This document shows, one piece after another, positions 24,961-37,800 of a stretch of DNA of 64,000 nucleotides; within the stretch, counting starts at the first letter, position 1; each line of letters begins with the position of its first letter. The position numbers and the translations under genes are program-made. Below the pieces are notes generated by a model. That model saw nothing but the letters and a program-made list of their open reading frames with translations. It was not told the origin of the DNA and searched no databases. Source of the DNA: Balanoglossus misakiensis (Eukaryota; Animalia; Hemichordata); assembly GCA_040954595.2 (NCBI GenBank), contig CM082587.2:1449500-1513499 (forward strand), written 5' to 3'.

Positions 24961-25810
24961 TCATTTTCCTGAACATTCCTTTTCAATGACACCAACAGCA
25001 ACTTTAATTCTCCTCTGCAGTAAATCGCTATTGCTTAGTAATTCCACTAAATCTTTATCGCTCAGCTCCAGTAACATTCCTGTGATCTTGGCTGCATGTT
25101 CGGGATAATCTTTTTCTATGACCTGGTACAACTGCTCCCCAAGATTTTCTTTGTGAGTCTGTGTGTCACCTCTGTTATCACTGACTTCATCCCTGAAACA
25201 AAGCATCATTGAAATAAGGAATATAAAACATTACTTCCCAATTTGCTTTTTCATGTAGTTTTTAAAATGTGGTTGGATTATTATAACACATCCCACAAAG
25301 TTATTTGTTGCAAATCAACTCACTCACCTGCAATGTTCCAATAGCAGTGCTTCTTTGGCTTTGCTGACTGCATTTTGTAAAGCATCCTGTGATAGCAACA
25401 ATTGGTGAATTGCATAGCTGTCCATCTCCAGAAGCATTCCTGAAATGGGATGAATTAATTATCAACGATTGACCAACTTGGGTTAGCTAAATGGCACAAT
25501 CAACAGCTACAATATGCCATGTCTTACCCGTTATCTTGGCACAAAAGACAGGTTCCACTTCTTCTATTCTTGCAAACAACTTTTCTCCCAGCAAATCCTT
25601 ATTTTTAGCCTCTTCTCGCTGTAGGACTTTCACAGCAACCTGCACCCTCTTCCTCAGTAGATCCTCATACTGAAGCATCTGCAAGACTTCATCATTGCCC
25701 AGATCCAGCAGCATCCCTGTTAGCATATTTGCATACTCTGGTTGTAATGGCTGGATGGCACAGTACAGGTGTTCTCCCAGTACCTCTTCTGTGGTTGGTA
25801 GGTTTGACAT
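24961..25810 (-). CDS. Stand-alone protein of three tandem MLLE (PABC) domains, 208 aa, 3 coding exons
   Basis: Exons 25810-25528, 25439-25328 and 25192-24961 (283+112+232=627 nt) with matching phases. Repeats are LGEHLY..MLTGMLLDL, LGEKLF..KITGMLLEM and LGEQLY..KITGMLLEL. An in-frame TAG lies shortly upstream of ATG 25810. Confidence 0.88.
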
Positions 25811-26119
25811 TTTGTCTGTAATCTGCAGTATGTGCGAGTTCTTCTACCACAGGCACTCCACTGTCTGTGGAGCCGAGTGTATGTTTACCAACAAAGCACA
25901 GATACAAGTCTACACAGTAAGGTCATATGTCAGTTTCATAGAATGTTCATAACATCGCTACTTCCATGTTTCCGGGGGGGGAAACACGTCCGATTTCATA
26001 CATACATGCACCCACTACTCAATAAGAAAGTTAAGTCCACGTTTGCCTTGTCTGCCTTTCAAGATCTATGGACGTTCTGCAAAAACACTGTCTTGTGAAA
26101 TATTACAACTTTGACGACC

Positions 26120-26430
26120 TCAGCCATGGGGGCGGCCATCTTTGAAATTACCCATAAGCCCTTTAGCTGGCGTTTTACTCCATTTTCTCTAAGCTACATA
26201 ACATTACGCTATCTAAAATAAGCAATGGTACCTCTTATATTTGAGATGAAAACATATTTATCGGTCGTATCTTAAATAAAAAACTTCGAAGCAATTACTT
26301 GTTTATACTTATTTACTGTATCAAGGCGTATTAATAAACATCGGCATGTTTTGCCATGTTGCGGATGAATTCGTAGAAGTAATTCGCCTACGATCTTCCT
26401 CTTTAGCCCGTGAAAGGTGAGGACGATCAG
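26120..26430. promoter_or_regulatory. Bidirectional promoter MLLEx3/RPL28; TCT/5'TOP start of RPL28
   Basis: YY1-like AAGATGGCCGCC on minus (~26131-26142). On plus, polypyrimidine CTTCCTCTTT (~26395-26404) is followed by a short non-coding exon and a GTGAGG donor at ~26427. Confidence 0.65.
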
Positions 26431-26975
26431 CATGTTTGAAACTACAATTTTTTTTAGCCGATATTAAAGGTTTTTAGGGGTTTTCGGCACGAAAAGTGTA
26501 TTGTACAGGTTATTTATTGTTCATTCTGTTTAGTAATCTGAATCACGGTGCTCTTAAGTCCGCCAAAGGCTCCAAAAAGGCCTTGTTCTTCGGCAGAGTT
26601 GTTGATGGATTTATGCACATGTGCAATGCAATGGACACGTTTGCCCAATGACTATGTTATCCTGTGTACACACACCATGAGAGGCAATCTTATCTAAACT
26701 TAAAAAATGAAGTAAATGTATCAAATTTACAACTTATTGTTTTATTTTTGTCGAATTTGCTGTAAATTTGACCACGAATGCCCTGGCATGATAATAATCG
26801 ATATCATAGGAGAAACTTACAAATACTATACAATGCAATGAATACATACTTGGAGATACCTATCATGTTCTTCATCATGTATTGATGTGCTTTGCATATT
26901 ATTTTTAATTGTATGAAAGTGAATTTTCAAATCTCCACAATATTACTTTGACCTAGGTAAATAATCAGCGGCAAG

Positions 26976-27946
26976 ATGGTGTCCTGTTCACCCGATATCC
27001 AATGGCTCATCATCCGTAATAATTCCAGCTTCTTGTTGAAGAACAACAATATGGTCTTCACCAGGGTAAGTAATCATTGTTAGCTCTCATTTGGTTGGCA
27101 TGCAGTTACCTTGGTAAATCCTATATATTTGCCCAACTTTCGGTCATTTTAGAAGTGCATATGGAATCATAAAAATATAACTCAGTGTCCTTTCAATTTG
27201 CACAGGAACCCAACAATCTGAAGAATAAGAACTCCTTCAGATACAACGGTCTTATCCATAGAAAGGTAAATATCACTTCCTAACAAAGTCACAATTTTAG
27301 GTAGAAGTGATGCACATCATGACTGTATGGCTAAAAGCCTTTTCATCCACCATAATTTCTAAAACACTTCCCACATTTCATTGTAGACTGTTGGTGTTGA
27401 ACCTGCTGAGGATGGCAAGGGTGTTGTTCTGGTTACAAAGAAGCAAAATGGTGAGTAGTCAGCAGAGCACATCAATACAATTGGGACAATATTACTTTGT
27501 TTCCTACAAAAATTTGCTGATAGAATCTCAGGCTCCATTTCTTTCCATTGATGATTTCTTTTTGTTTTCCTTGACATGTTGTACAGCCAAGAGAAATCCA
27601 GCCAAGTGGGATCGTAAAGTGACACTCAAGCGGGATGCCAGGAGAAACTTGACCGCTGTTAAGAATACGATCGTCAAAGGCAAATACCGCATTGATCTCA
27701 GGAAGGTCAGTTGGTAGTTGTGCATATTGTACAAGTGGCGTTTGTACAGAATTGTTCCATGGTATGAAGAAGCAAAGATCTTTGATCATGTTATAAAGTC
27801 AGTGTCTCCTTATCCACAGCTAAGAATTTATTCAATCTTTCATTTCATTTATTTTACAGGCTGCCTTGAAACGTGTCAGTGCCATCCTGAGAAGTCAGAA
27901 ACCAGTGACAGCCGTCAAGAAGAGGTCACGTACCAAGCGCGAATAA
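26976..27946 (+). CDS. RPL28: 60S ribosomal protein L28 (eL28)
   Basis: [22 protein letters not shown]..|[20 protein letters not shown]|[19 protein letters not shown]..|..KYRIDLRK|[16 protein letters not shown]; stop TAA at 27944-27946. Confidence 0.96.
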
Positions 27947-29616
27947 GAACAACTTTATTTGGAATTGGTGTAAATTCAACATGCGCTGGTCTTTTTGAAA
28001 TAAATATTAAGCACAACTGTGTTGAAAGTGAAGTGTTCGTTGTTGGCTGTCTTTTCTATGAGTGCTTTTTAGTAGCATTGTAAAGTTTTTCTGCCAAAGC
28101 AGTTTTGTTGACAAAGAGAATGAAGATTTACTCAGGTTTGATGGATCATGTAGGTTGCGTCAAATAATAATTAACCAAGTACATGCCAGGCTATCTTCAT
28201 GTATAAAACAAGTGACATGGTCTGGTTGAACATCACAGCAATACATACAAGCATAAAGTGCAGGGGATTGGAATTGGGATCTGTTTGAGGGGGGGGGGGG
28301 GGGGGGGGTTGCCCATTTAATAACTTTTTCTGTCTTACATACTAACAATGATATGAAGTACACATAAATTTATTTTTATCTAGGAAAAGTACATTGAGAA
28401 AATCAAAGTGAAAATTTCAAAATCGAAATTTAAAAGCCATTGAAATCAAAGTATTCATGTACTGCGAATGTCACACTGGAGAAAATATGCAAATGACTAA
28501 CTGAGGTGGCCATTGTCTGTTGAAAGTTAACATGTAAATTTCCTTTGTTCTCTCATTAGAAAAAATCAATATCTTTTTGACTAAACAGGTGTTTCAAGTG
28601 CCCCTGTTTTACTTCAAGCTTTTCTAGTTCTGCATGGCTGGTTCTGCTATTGCTTGAACAGTTTATGAAATTCGTAATTCCTCTCTCAATAATGCATGAT
28701 TTTTAAAATCATTTGGAATGGTAATTGACAATGAGTTTCACCTTAAAAGTACGGTCTCAAAATTTGTATTGGTGGTCTACAATTCTCTCTACACATGTGA
28801 ACTATGCCTGGTTTGACTGAGGATCTCTGATGGTACTGTGGAACTCCAGTGGAGTAAATGCAAGTTGTACTAAAGGTACGTTTTTGACCGAACACAAAAT
28901 TTCTTGGAATGTAAAGTGCAAGTGTAACATTGAGCTTGTAGAATTGCACATGGTAATGTAGTGTAATGGTTGATAACATTTGCTGTGACTACAAGAAGCA
29001 TGCCAATTGTATCTTGAAATCACCTGCATTGGTTGTTCAATTGTGGCTGCCTTAAAAATAGGTTTTCACTTTGCGCTAGGGGGTCAATCCCATTGCATTC
29101 TGGTTAAAAAGTCGACAACCCACTGTAGTAAGAGATAGAAGAAATGATATGTTTACTGTATTTCGTGACTTCCTTTGGTCAAACATGTCTGTCTTTGTAG
29201 TTACCATATTAAACTCATTAAACTTTTTTCACATTTTGTTATTTTTTCTGTTAAAAAGTTTCAGAATGACCCATCATCACTTTAGCTTATGAACTCCTAT
29301 TCCTTAAACATGGCAAAAATCGGCCATCTTGAAATTGTGTCGACCATGTGAGATTTTTATCACCCACCTAGGTAGCCAAAACCTATTTCAGGTCAGGAGA
29401 ATTGACCAAGTAGATTCATAATATCAGGTCATGTAGGGTCATCAAAATGACCAGTTCCAGCCAGTCTTGCCAATCATACAAGTAAGTTGCCCACAAGCCA
29501 TTCAAAATATATTCATTTTGCATATATTTGATTACTATTACAACTTATATATAGCCATGACTGGGGGAAACATCATGAATTTCAAACCCAGGTTGATAAG
29601 ACGAAATCCGTTTGAC

Positions 29617-32600
29617 TTATTTGTTTTTCTGGATGTATTCATCGATGACTTTTTCCAACACAGAGATTGGCACGGAACCACATCTCAGAAATGCCTCGTG
29701 GAAACCTCTTACATCAAACTTGTCACCTGTAAAACAACATACAAATTTCTGAAAAATATGCCATTGCAACCTATAATTTAAATGTAAAAATCTCAGTGTT
29801 AATTGAAACTTGAGGCTCACAGTGTATGGTTAAAAACTGATTAAATTACCAAGTTCCTTCAGTGATTTCTCCCTCAACTCTTTGATCTTCAGTTCTCCAA
29901 TTTTATACCCGCATGCCTGTTATGGTGTAAAGGTGACGGGTGTTAGAAGATAATTTGTGCGTAGTCATTATTTTGAGATATTTCGGCAAGATCTGAATGG
30001 ATGTATGATCAACTGTAATGTCCTCCACTCTGCTCAGTACCAAATGTTTCATCATACACATTTATAAAGAGGATGGTTCTAGTGCATGCTGGAAAAAAGG
30101 TCCACACTGAAATATGAAATGGTTTCATGTACCTGCCCAGGCCATGTAATATATCTGTCAATTTCAGATACAATATTGTGAAATCCCATTGCTGTATTTT
30201 CTTGCAGATATTTGATGGCTTGGTCCCGAGTCCATCCAAGTGCATGCATTCCGGTGTCTACAACCAACCGGCAACCTCGGAGTATCTCCATGGAATATCG
30301 ACCAAACCTGTGAATTGTTTTCATGGTTAGTGTTTAAAGTAAGTGTCTATAAATGTCATAATTGTATACTTTTCAACACACTTAGAAAAATAACTCTACA
30401 AGAGTATACTTACCGGGGATATGGATCTTTGTACAGACCCATTTCTTCACCAAGGTATTCACTATACAAGCCCCAGCCCTGCAAAATGAGATTTCATGGT
30501 TGCAATTTCTGATACCACAATTGGATTTCTTCTCCCTGGGAAATGTCTAGTCTTTGTGGTATGACAGAATGTTGGTTTATACCATCTTTGGTCTAAAGTC
30601 GATTACTACATATCTGATAGGACTTTGCCGATGGTTTAGTTTTGGAAGTCAACGTACCTCAATATACGCAGTGTTCATAGCAAAGCGTGACGGCATCTCG
30701 TAATAATGACGGTCTTCTAAATTTCGCCTAAATGCTGGCAAGTATCTCATCTCAACACTGAAAGCCCCTTGCAGGTGATGGCCAGGTTCACCCTCATGTA
30801 AACTCAGGGCCATCATTTCATATTTGGGTCTGCGTGAGTGTTAGAAGTGGGACTCAAAATTAACTACATGTACTAAGTATGCATACGGATACTATGTGAA
30901 ATGCACAACATCCTACCTCCACATATGAAGTGCACATTGGGAAATGAGATGGACAAGAATAAAACTTGAGATAGTCTGTATGGCGTTGGAATGATGGCAA
31001 AGAGCTGGTGATGGCTGTGCTGATCTGAAAATGGTGACCTGGTTCCCCTTCATGTAGCATTAGGGCACGCATTTCAAATTTAGGCCTGGAGGATATGAAT
31101 GGTATACAAACACACATGTCAGCCAACATGAAGTGGGTTGCAATGAAACAAATTTCAATTTCATGCAAGTAGGTACAAAGATACAGGAAATGCAAATACA
31201 TGGGGGTAAAAGCTTGCCCAGACATTCACCATTTTTAGTTAGCACATCAGCAGTTTCCATGGAAAGAAAGCAATCCCTGGGATTGTATCCTGAGAATGGA
31301 ATGGCACTGTCTGATATTTGTGTGTGTTCATATACTCACTGGGTTTTCATGTTGTTGCAATTGACAAAGATTGCCCCAGGTCGACTACCATCTTCTGATG
31401 GTCCATAATAATATGCAGCAGGTGAATTGGCTTCTTTCTCTGGTGTTGCTTTCAACCTGAAATCACAAACATCACGATGTCTAACTTGCTGTCTGTATGG
31501 TTTAACTTTCACTAGTGAATAAAAATGTATATAACTATCAAGACCTCTCAGGCAACAGAAAGATTTTCATGTCGGTATTTTAAAACTTGATGAATATACT
31601 TACAGCATATCCACCTTTGGTATATTCTGGAAATAATTTGGCAGCAATGGTCTGATTTGGTTTTCCACTATGTCCCTGTATCCACTCATCATATCCTCCT
31701 GTAAATAATTTAACAAACCAATCAAAATTGACCAAGATCTGCATAAATTCTACATGATCTCACATCCAGGAATTCTTGTGTAGGTTTCTCTGTCTGATTC
31801 ATGTATTTTGAAGATGCAAACAAATATCAAAATGGCATACCGGTAGTCAGGGAAGTGATTACCTTATTTTCAAAGTAGAATTGTTTATCAGATCGCAAAT
31901 GTTCTAAGAATGCTTTGAAATCTCCTTCAAAACCAACTTCTTTGATGACCTGTGAAGAAAACAACTATACTTTAAAAATTCATATATGATAGGGACATAA
32001 TCTAGAGCTTAAAACAGATTTACACAAAGACCTGTAGCGCAATGGAAAACAAGTTATTGTCAATATCCTCTCACCTTATCCATATTTTCTCTGATTCTCT
32101 TGACTTCCTTCAAACCAATGTCATGTACTTGTTGTGGAGTGAGATCACAGGTCATGTGATACTTCAGAGCCTGGGCATAATGATTGACACCATCCGGCAG
32201 TGAAGAACAAGCAATATTCGGCCGCAGATTCTTCAGATACTCCTAAAGTTAGAGTTCAAATTATGAAATGGTGGAACCGAAATTTCACAAGGCTTTGGGA
32301 TCACCAGAATGTGCAGACATCTGATTGGTTATTCTCACTCTGCACCAAGTATGTCATCAAATAGCTGACTGCTGACAAATAATGCTATTAGACAATTCTT
32401 AAGTTTAACTTACTTCAGACAGGAAGTTCTTCAGTTTTTCAAAAGCACCAAACAAATTTTCCTTTAACAGTTTTGTACCTTCTTGTTCGAGCTGTTGCTT
32501 TCTGTGGATTGAAGAAACAAGTCTTATTGGTTCATGATATCACAAAGAAAAATAATCTGTTTGTTCGTTCATTCATTCATTCATTCATTTATTCACTCAC

Positions 32601-34813
32601 ATTCTCCTTTCGCTGCCATCTTTGTCTTACCTGGCCTCAGCTATGTTGTCGAGTTCGCTCAGTTTGGTAAACGGTTCATAGAATCCAGATTCTTTCAGAT
32701 TTCCCTGTACAGTCTTATCAATCTGATCGACCACTCCTTTCTGTCAATCAAATAACCATGGCAACTGAATGTCACAAGCATCACTCTTATTGGACCTGAT
32801 TTGATGCCACATTGTCAAGAATAGGATAGCTTCAACATCAGGCCTTGCAAAATCACCATGATATAATATGGGCAAAGGTTGGCTATGGGGCTTATCATTG
32901 GGTACTACAAAGGGCAGGGGGTTGGGTGGGTTGTGATTGAGCCTAGCTTACCATTGAGTATTCACTGTTGGTTCTTCCTTCCTTTATTCCTTGTTTCATG
33001 AGAGATATGATGTCATCCATCTATTCATTAAAACAATGGTATAAAACTGTAAATGTCATCTCTATATTTTATAATGGGATCTTAGTACATAGCAATTTTG
33101 CAGTGGGTCCTAAAACTCAAGCATATTGACCAGAGCACAGTTCCAAACCTTCTAATGAAATTTATGTTGCATTTTACATCATTATACCATTCCGATATCA
33201 TTTTTAAACCAATGCCATATGATCAGAATTTATGGACTCCACAATGTGTGTACAAAGACAATGATAAGCTTAAAAGAGATGGGAAATAACAGGTGTTCTA
33301 TCATCAAGTATCTTCTGATATGTGTATCTCTCTGACATGTTTCAACAAAACTTTTCTGAAATGTTTTACTTCTCATTTTGGAAAGTGCAATTTTTTTTTA
33401 TTCATATGGGTGATTGTATACCTGCTTGGGGAATTTCTTAAGTCTTGCCAGGTATTTTTCATAATCTTTTCCGTTTGCAAATATCATGTATGAGACAGTC
33501 TTCTCAAAATCCAGGTGTTGGCCTTCCATGAAATTGATTGGATACAGATAACTGAAATAGTAAAAGCCTAATATGAGTTGAGCCATCCACGAAACTTTCT
33601 TTAACAACTGAAATTTGTCGTTTGAGGGCGCTCTTTCCATGGGATCGTGTACATGTATTAAATCTATCCGTCTTAGGTTGTATCATTCCTTAAAATGACA
33701 TCACAGTGTAAAGGGTAAACAGTACTTCAAAACAGCATTTGCAAAACTCTGATAACATTTGCATAAATCACACTAGATGAACGAGAATGAACAAAAAGAC
33801 CAAAGCTAACAGTTGCACACAAGGTCATGATGGCAAGTTCATTACCATTTGTACTTCATCCCTTCCAAGTACATCTCCATTTCATTTTGCAACAAGGTCA
33901 AGTTCATCTTGTCATCATCATTCAACTGTGTCTTCTCCAAAGCCAAAACTTGGGATAAAAGTTTCTTGCAGTCATCCTGGGAAAAAAAAACGTTTTAGTC
34001 TTCATTAAGGTGCAAAACTCCTCCCAGTCTAATATGAAAGTCTGTTAAACTTAGAAGTAAGCCAAGTTGTGGAAGTCATTATGGATTTTGCATATTCATG
34101 CACTTTTGTGTTTATTTGTAATTCTTTTTGCCAGGTCAATCTTTAGAAGATATAATTGTGTTTCATTTTCACTTTCATTTTGTGGTTTTGATGTTGGATC
34201 TCTCAACTTGGTTCTGGTAATTGAGGTACAGGATGGTAATTTTACAAAGCATATCATTGAGTTTTGACATGCATGAACCCAGCATGTTTCCATAAAGTTA
34301 CTGATAGTGAAGCCAGCATGAGGCCAGTGGTGTCAAGCTATCATGGCTATACGCCCCCTGTCAATTTCTAGGGCTATCTGTACCATGTTGTGTTGTGTAA
34401 CTGTTGACAGTTTTGTGGTGTGGTGTTGTGTTGAAGTGTTTGGAGTGGTTGAGTTGCAACCTGAGCCCCATAGACAGGACTAGATAAAAAATATCCACTG
34501 ATAAGATTTCTGTCACTGATAACTGGCTAATATACCAACACATTATTTGTATTCCTAATCCTATTGATAAATGACCACACAACCTTTAGGTCTAGCTGCC
34601 ACGATTCATGATTACATGTACTCATTTACTGGACGAAGTGACGATGTGTACGATGCCTACCGTTCTCTTCTCATAAGCCCCCAGAGAAAGATCATCTAAC
34701 TGATCGTCGTAGTCATGGTAACCCGCCATAGTGGCGAATTCCGGGCTCTCCTGCAACCGCCATTCCCAGAAATCGTCTGCTAGCTTCCGCACAGCTGTCC
34801 TCTCATCCGACAT
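29617..34813 (-). CDS. DUF885-family putative metallo-hydrolase, multi-exon, with mutually exclusive exons
   Basis: [55 protein letters not shown]|[47 protein letters not shown] and [18 protein letters not shown] are hallmark DUF885 motifs. Confidence 0.9.
30658..31085 (-). other. Tandemly duplicated, mutually exclusive exons A (31085-30917, 169 nt) and B (30829-30658, 172 nt)
   Basis: Both have an AG acceptor and GT donor, start in phase 2 and end in phase 0. A = [20 protein letters not shown]...TSYVE; B = [20 protein letters not shown]...TAYIE. Confidence 0.88.
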
Positions 34814-37800
34814 ATTGACTCGTTGTATATGACCTGACTCACTAACTCTGTGGTGACCCTGAGCAACCCCGAGCCCAACCAACACGTGAGGGCGCTTTGA
34901 AATGAACATGTGTCAGCTTCGTCACCTTCGGCCAAAAACTCCGGTCCACCACCAAGTTCGCCACAAGCGGGGCGAATTTCTAATTCATTATGATGTAGAA
35001 TATGAAAAGCATTGTTGTTGACTTTTTTCCTTTAATGTCCAGCCAATCGAAGACAAAAAGCAGGTCCTAATACCCTACTTCAAAGATTTTCTCTCTCAGC
35101 AGATTTTTCCCCATTCAAGTTGACCCAATACCACTTATCTGCTGTAGACTCTTCCACCAGTAGCGGTCCAAATTTATCGAGAAAACAATTCATTTATGTC
35201 GTCTTCAAGATATGTCTGCTTATGAATTTGTTTCCCATTTCTTTTCTTGGTCAGTGTGTCGTCTGGAATATCAGAATGGTTGACGTTCATAGTCAGGACA
35301 GTCACACTTTTCCGAGTGTTTGGCTGAAGATTCAGACGGACAGAAGAATGCTGAGATACACTACTCAAACATTTCTCAGGTAGGAGCAAGTTTATTTCCA
35401 TGTAATTGATTAGGGCAGGTTTACTTCTGAGGAATTAATAATACACAGGTCATTTTAATAAACGGATGAGTGTATAGATATAAGGATGGAAGACACTGTC
35501 ACTAAGACTCTTCCAATAATTTAAGAACGTATTGACAAGATCATGTAATGTGTAGGATGCAACAGGTTGTTTTGGGTTGGAGAATTTACTTTAAATGTGC
35601 TATCTTTGGTGTTCAAACATGAAATTTGACGAATAATTTCGCCTGCATTGCTGGTTCGAAAGGCCCGACGAACATTAGTCAAATGTCAGCGGGTTGTTTA
35701 CAATTGCAAATTTCGTTTTATTTTCTGAACTTTCCCACGGATTTCCGTCTCAATGTTTTTCTGTAGTATTCCAACCACAAATTAAGTTCTTTGGGTATGG
35801 TCTGACCTTTGTACCGAGGTTTTTAAGCAAGTCCCAACTCGCGCCGTTGTTTATGATGATTTATGAGCCAGGCAATCCGTCCATTCTTGTTGAACAACGT
35901 TTTCAAAAGTTGTAAAATGACGAATGTACCGTTAAATTAAACAAGCAAGATCATTTTGTACTAGTAAACAGAAATAGTGAAACAAAAAGAAACGGACGGA
36001 TCACGGATAGATCGATGAATAGCTGATATGGTAAATGCAGATGTATAGATAGATAGGCAGAGAGAAACCCCTTTCTCTTTTTAGCCATCGATACAACTAC
36101 ATGACGGAAAGGGAAGCGAAAAGCTATCGTTCCAGCGCCCCTCTAGATCCTTCCGACTGAGGTACGGGGGAAACTTTACTTCAATCATTCAATCATGCCA
36201 CCCACCGCAGTGTTACATGTATTTTTGTCTCGATTGTGACCTTGACTGGTGTTGTCTGAGGTACATGTATGTCTCAGTCTCTCTGTCTGTTTGCCAGTCT
36301 GGCTGTCACGACCCGATAACCGCCCCATTCTTCTGCAAGGCCAAACACATGTATTACTGTTATCTGCTGGAGTACTTCTATGCAACATTCAAATCATTCC
36401 CCCTTGCTGGTGTAAACTGCATGAGAACCGAGGTTGTGAGAAAAGCAACGATGCGACATGTAAGGCCTTTTGCCGTGTCAATCGAGTCTCTTTCCACAAA
36501 ACGGCCGACGGGCATTTACACCGAGTGTCGAAAAGTCACCACCGGGAACTCTCATTCAATCGCGATCCGTTTCAATCGCATTGTGCGTCCATTTCGCGAT
36601 TTCTGGCACTCGTTATATCGAGAAACGCATTAGATTGTTCCCATGGAGCGGGCCACAAAAGCCAGTGCTCACATCACTGAGCAGCCATTGTGTTGTCCCC
36701 ACAATGGCTCAAATAAACCAGACAAAACAGTCCTACCCTCAGCTGCGATGTAGTAAACAAATACTACAAGCTGGATATTAGACCAACAGTGATAGATGCG
36801 ATCAAGGCGTGCAGACAAGGTATTCCGAGATGCAAACCGTTTTGAGGTGTCACAGTTTGAATCCCATGCGTCCAGATGGTACAAAATAGCACGACGTCAG
36901 ACTTGATGGCGAAAGTTAGGATGGTTTTGTTTGCTATAAACTATCGGCTCGAATAGCCTTTCAATCTGTTGGCTAGCAAATCCTCTCGGACATAAGTTCA
37001 AATTCTGAGCGCAATTAGCCTACCCCTGCATTGTACAATTTTGCAAAGCTTTGTCGTTAACTTATTCAAAAGGCCGATGTTACACGCAGTAAAATCATTA
37101 AAACCCTTATAAAAGTATATCCCGTTCACACCATAGCAGAAATGAAAAAGTACAGTGTTATTTTAGGTTGATGTATGTTTATTTGAAAGCACATTATAAT
37201 ATACATGATATTTTGGTGTCTAAACAGCACAGGAATTGATAATCGAAACATATGAACCAAAATATTCGGGAAATAGAAATATGAGTAAAGCGTTCAGCTT
37301 AGTCAGCTTTATTGAGTTTTTAATGGCAGATTTCACATCTTTCCGTCTGACACAAATTTCATTCGATTTGCCTTCTACTTGTCTCATATTTGTAGTTTCT
37401 CAATAGAAACCAAACCATAGCACATTACAACACAACAGCCTACCTGCAATTATCAACTTACCGCGTTTATGTGAAATACATGTAGATGTTACTACAGAAT
37501 GTACTTGTCAAGACATTCCTGAATCTATTTTCTTCGAATTCGCCACAGTTCCATTTTTTCACGGGTTATTATCCCCATATTATAAAAACATGATACTTTG
37601 AGAACAGTTGTGAAAATTCGAAGAAAAAGGGAGGAAACGAATCCGACTGTGAAAAGGTTAAGCTTACAAACCGCCGCCATATTGTGACACGGTGTTGTGT
37701 ATTTTTTTTCTCCATGAGAGAAAATGAAATTTACTGACTAAAACTGCCCGAATCGGTGGCCTTATAATATGACTCATTATCTATTCTCTGTTCCTTATTA

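Noticed and set aside
26059-26139. TGA in the MLLE leader ORF as selenocysteine or readthrough
   Set aside because: Another in-frame TGA follows about 21 codons later, there is no link to the MLLE frame and no SECIS was seen; treated as a uORF.
26427-27860. Intronic snoRNAs in RPL28
   Set aside because: Only isolated C-box-like words; I found no convincing C/D pair with a terminal stem or H/ACA architecture by eye.
33555-33690. Apparent frameshifted DUF885 exon suggesting a pseudogene
   Set aside because: The true exon 2 is at ~33846-33976 (DDCKKLLSQ...LEGMKYK) and splices in frame to [10 protein letters not shown], so this stretch is intron.
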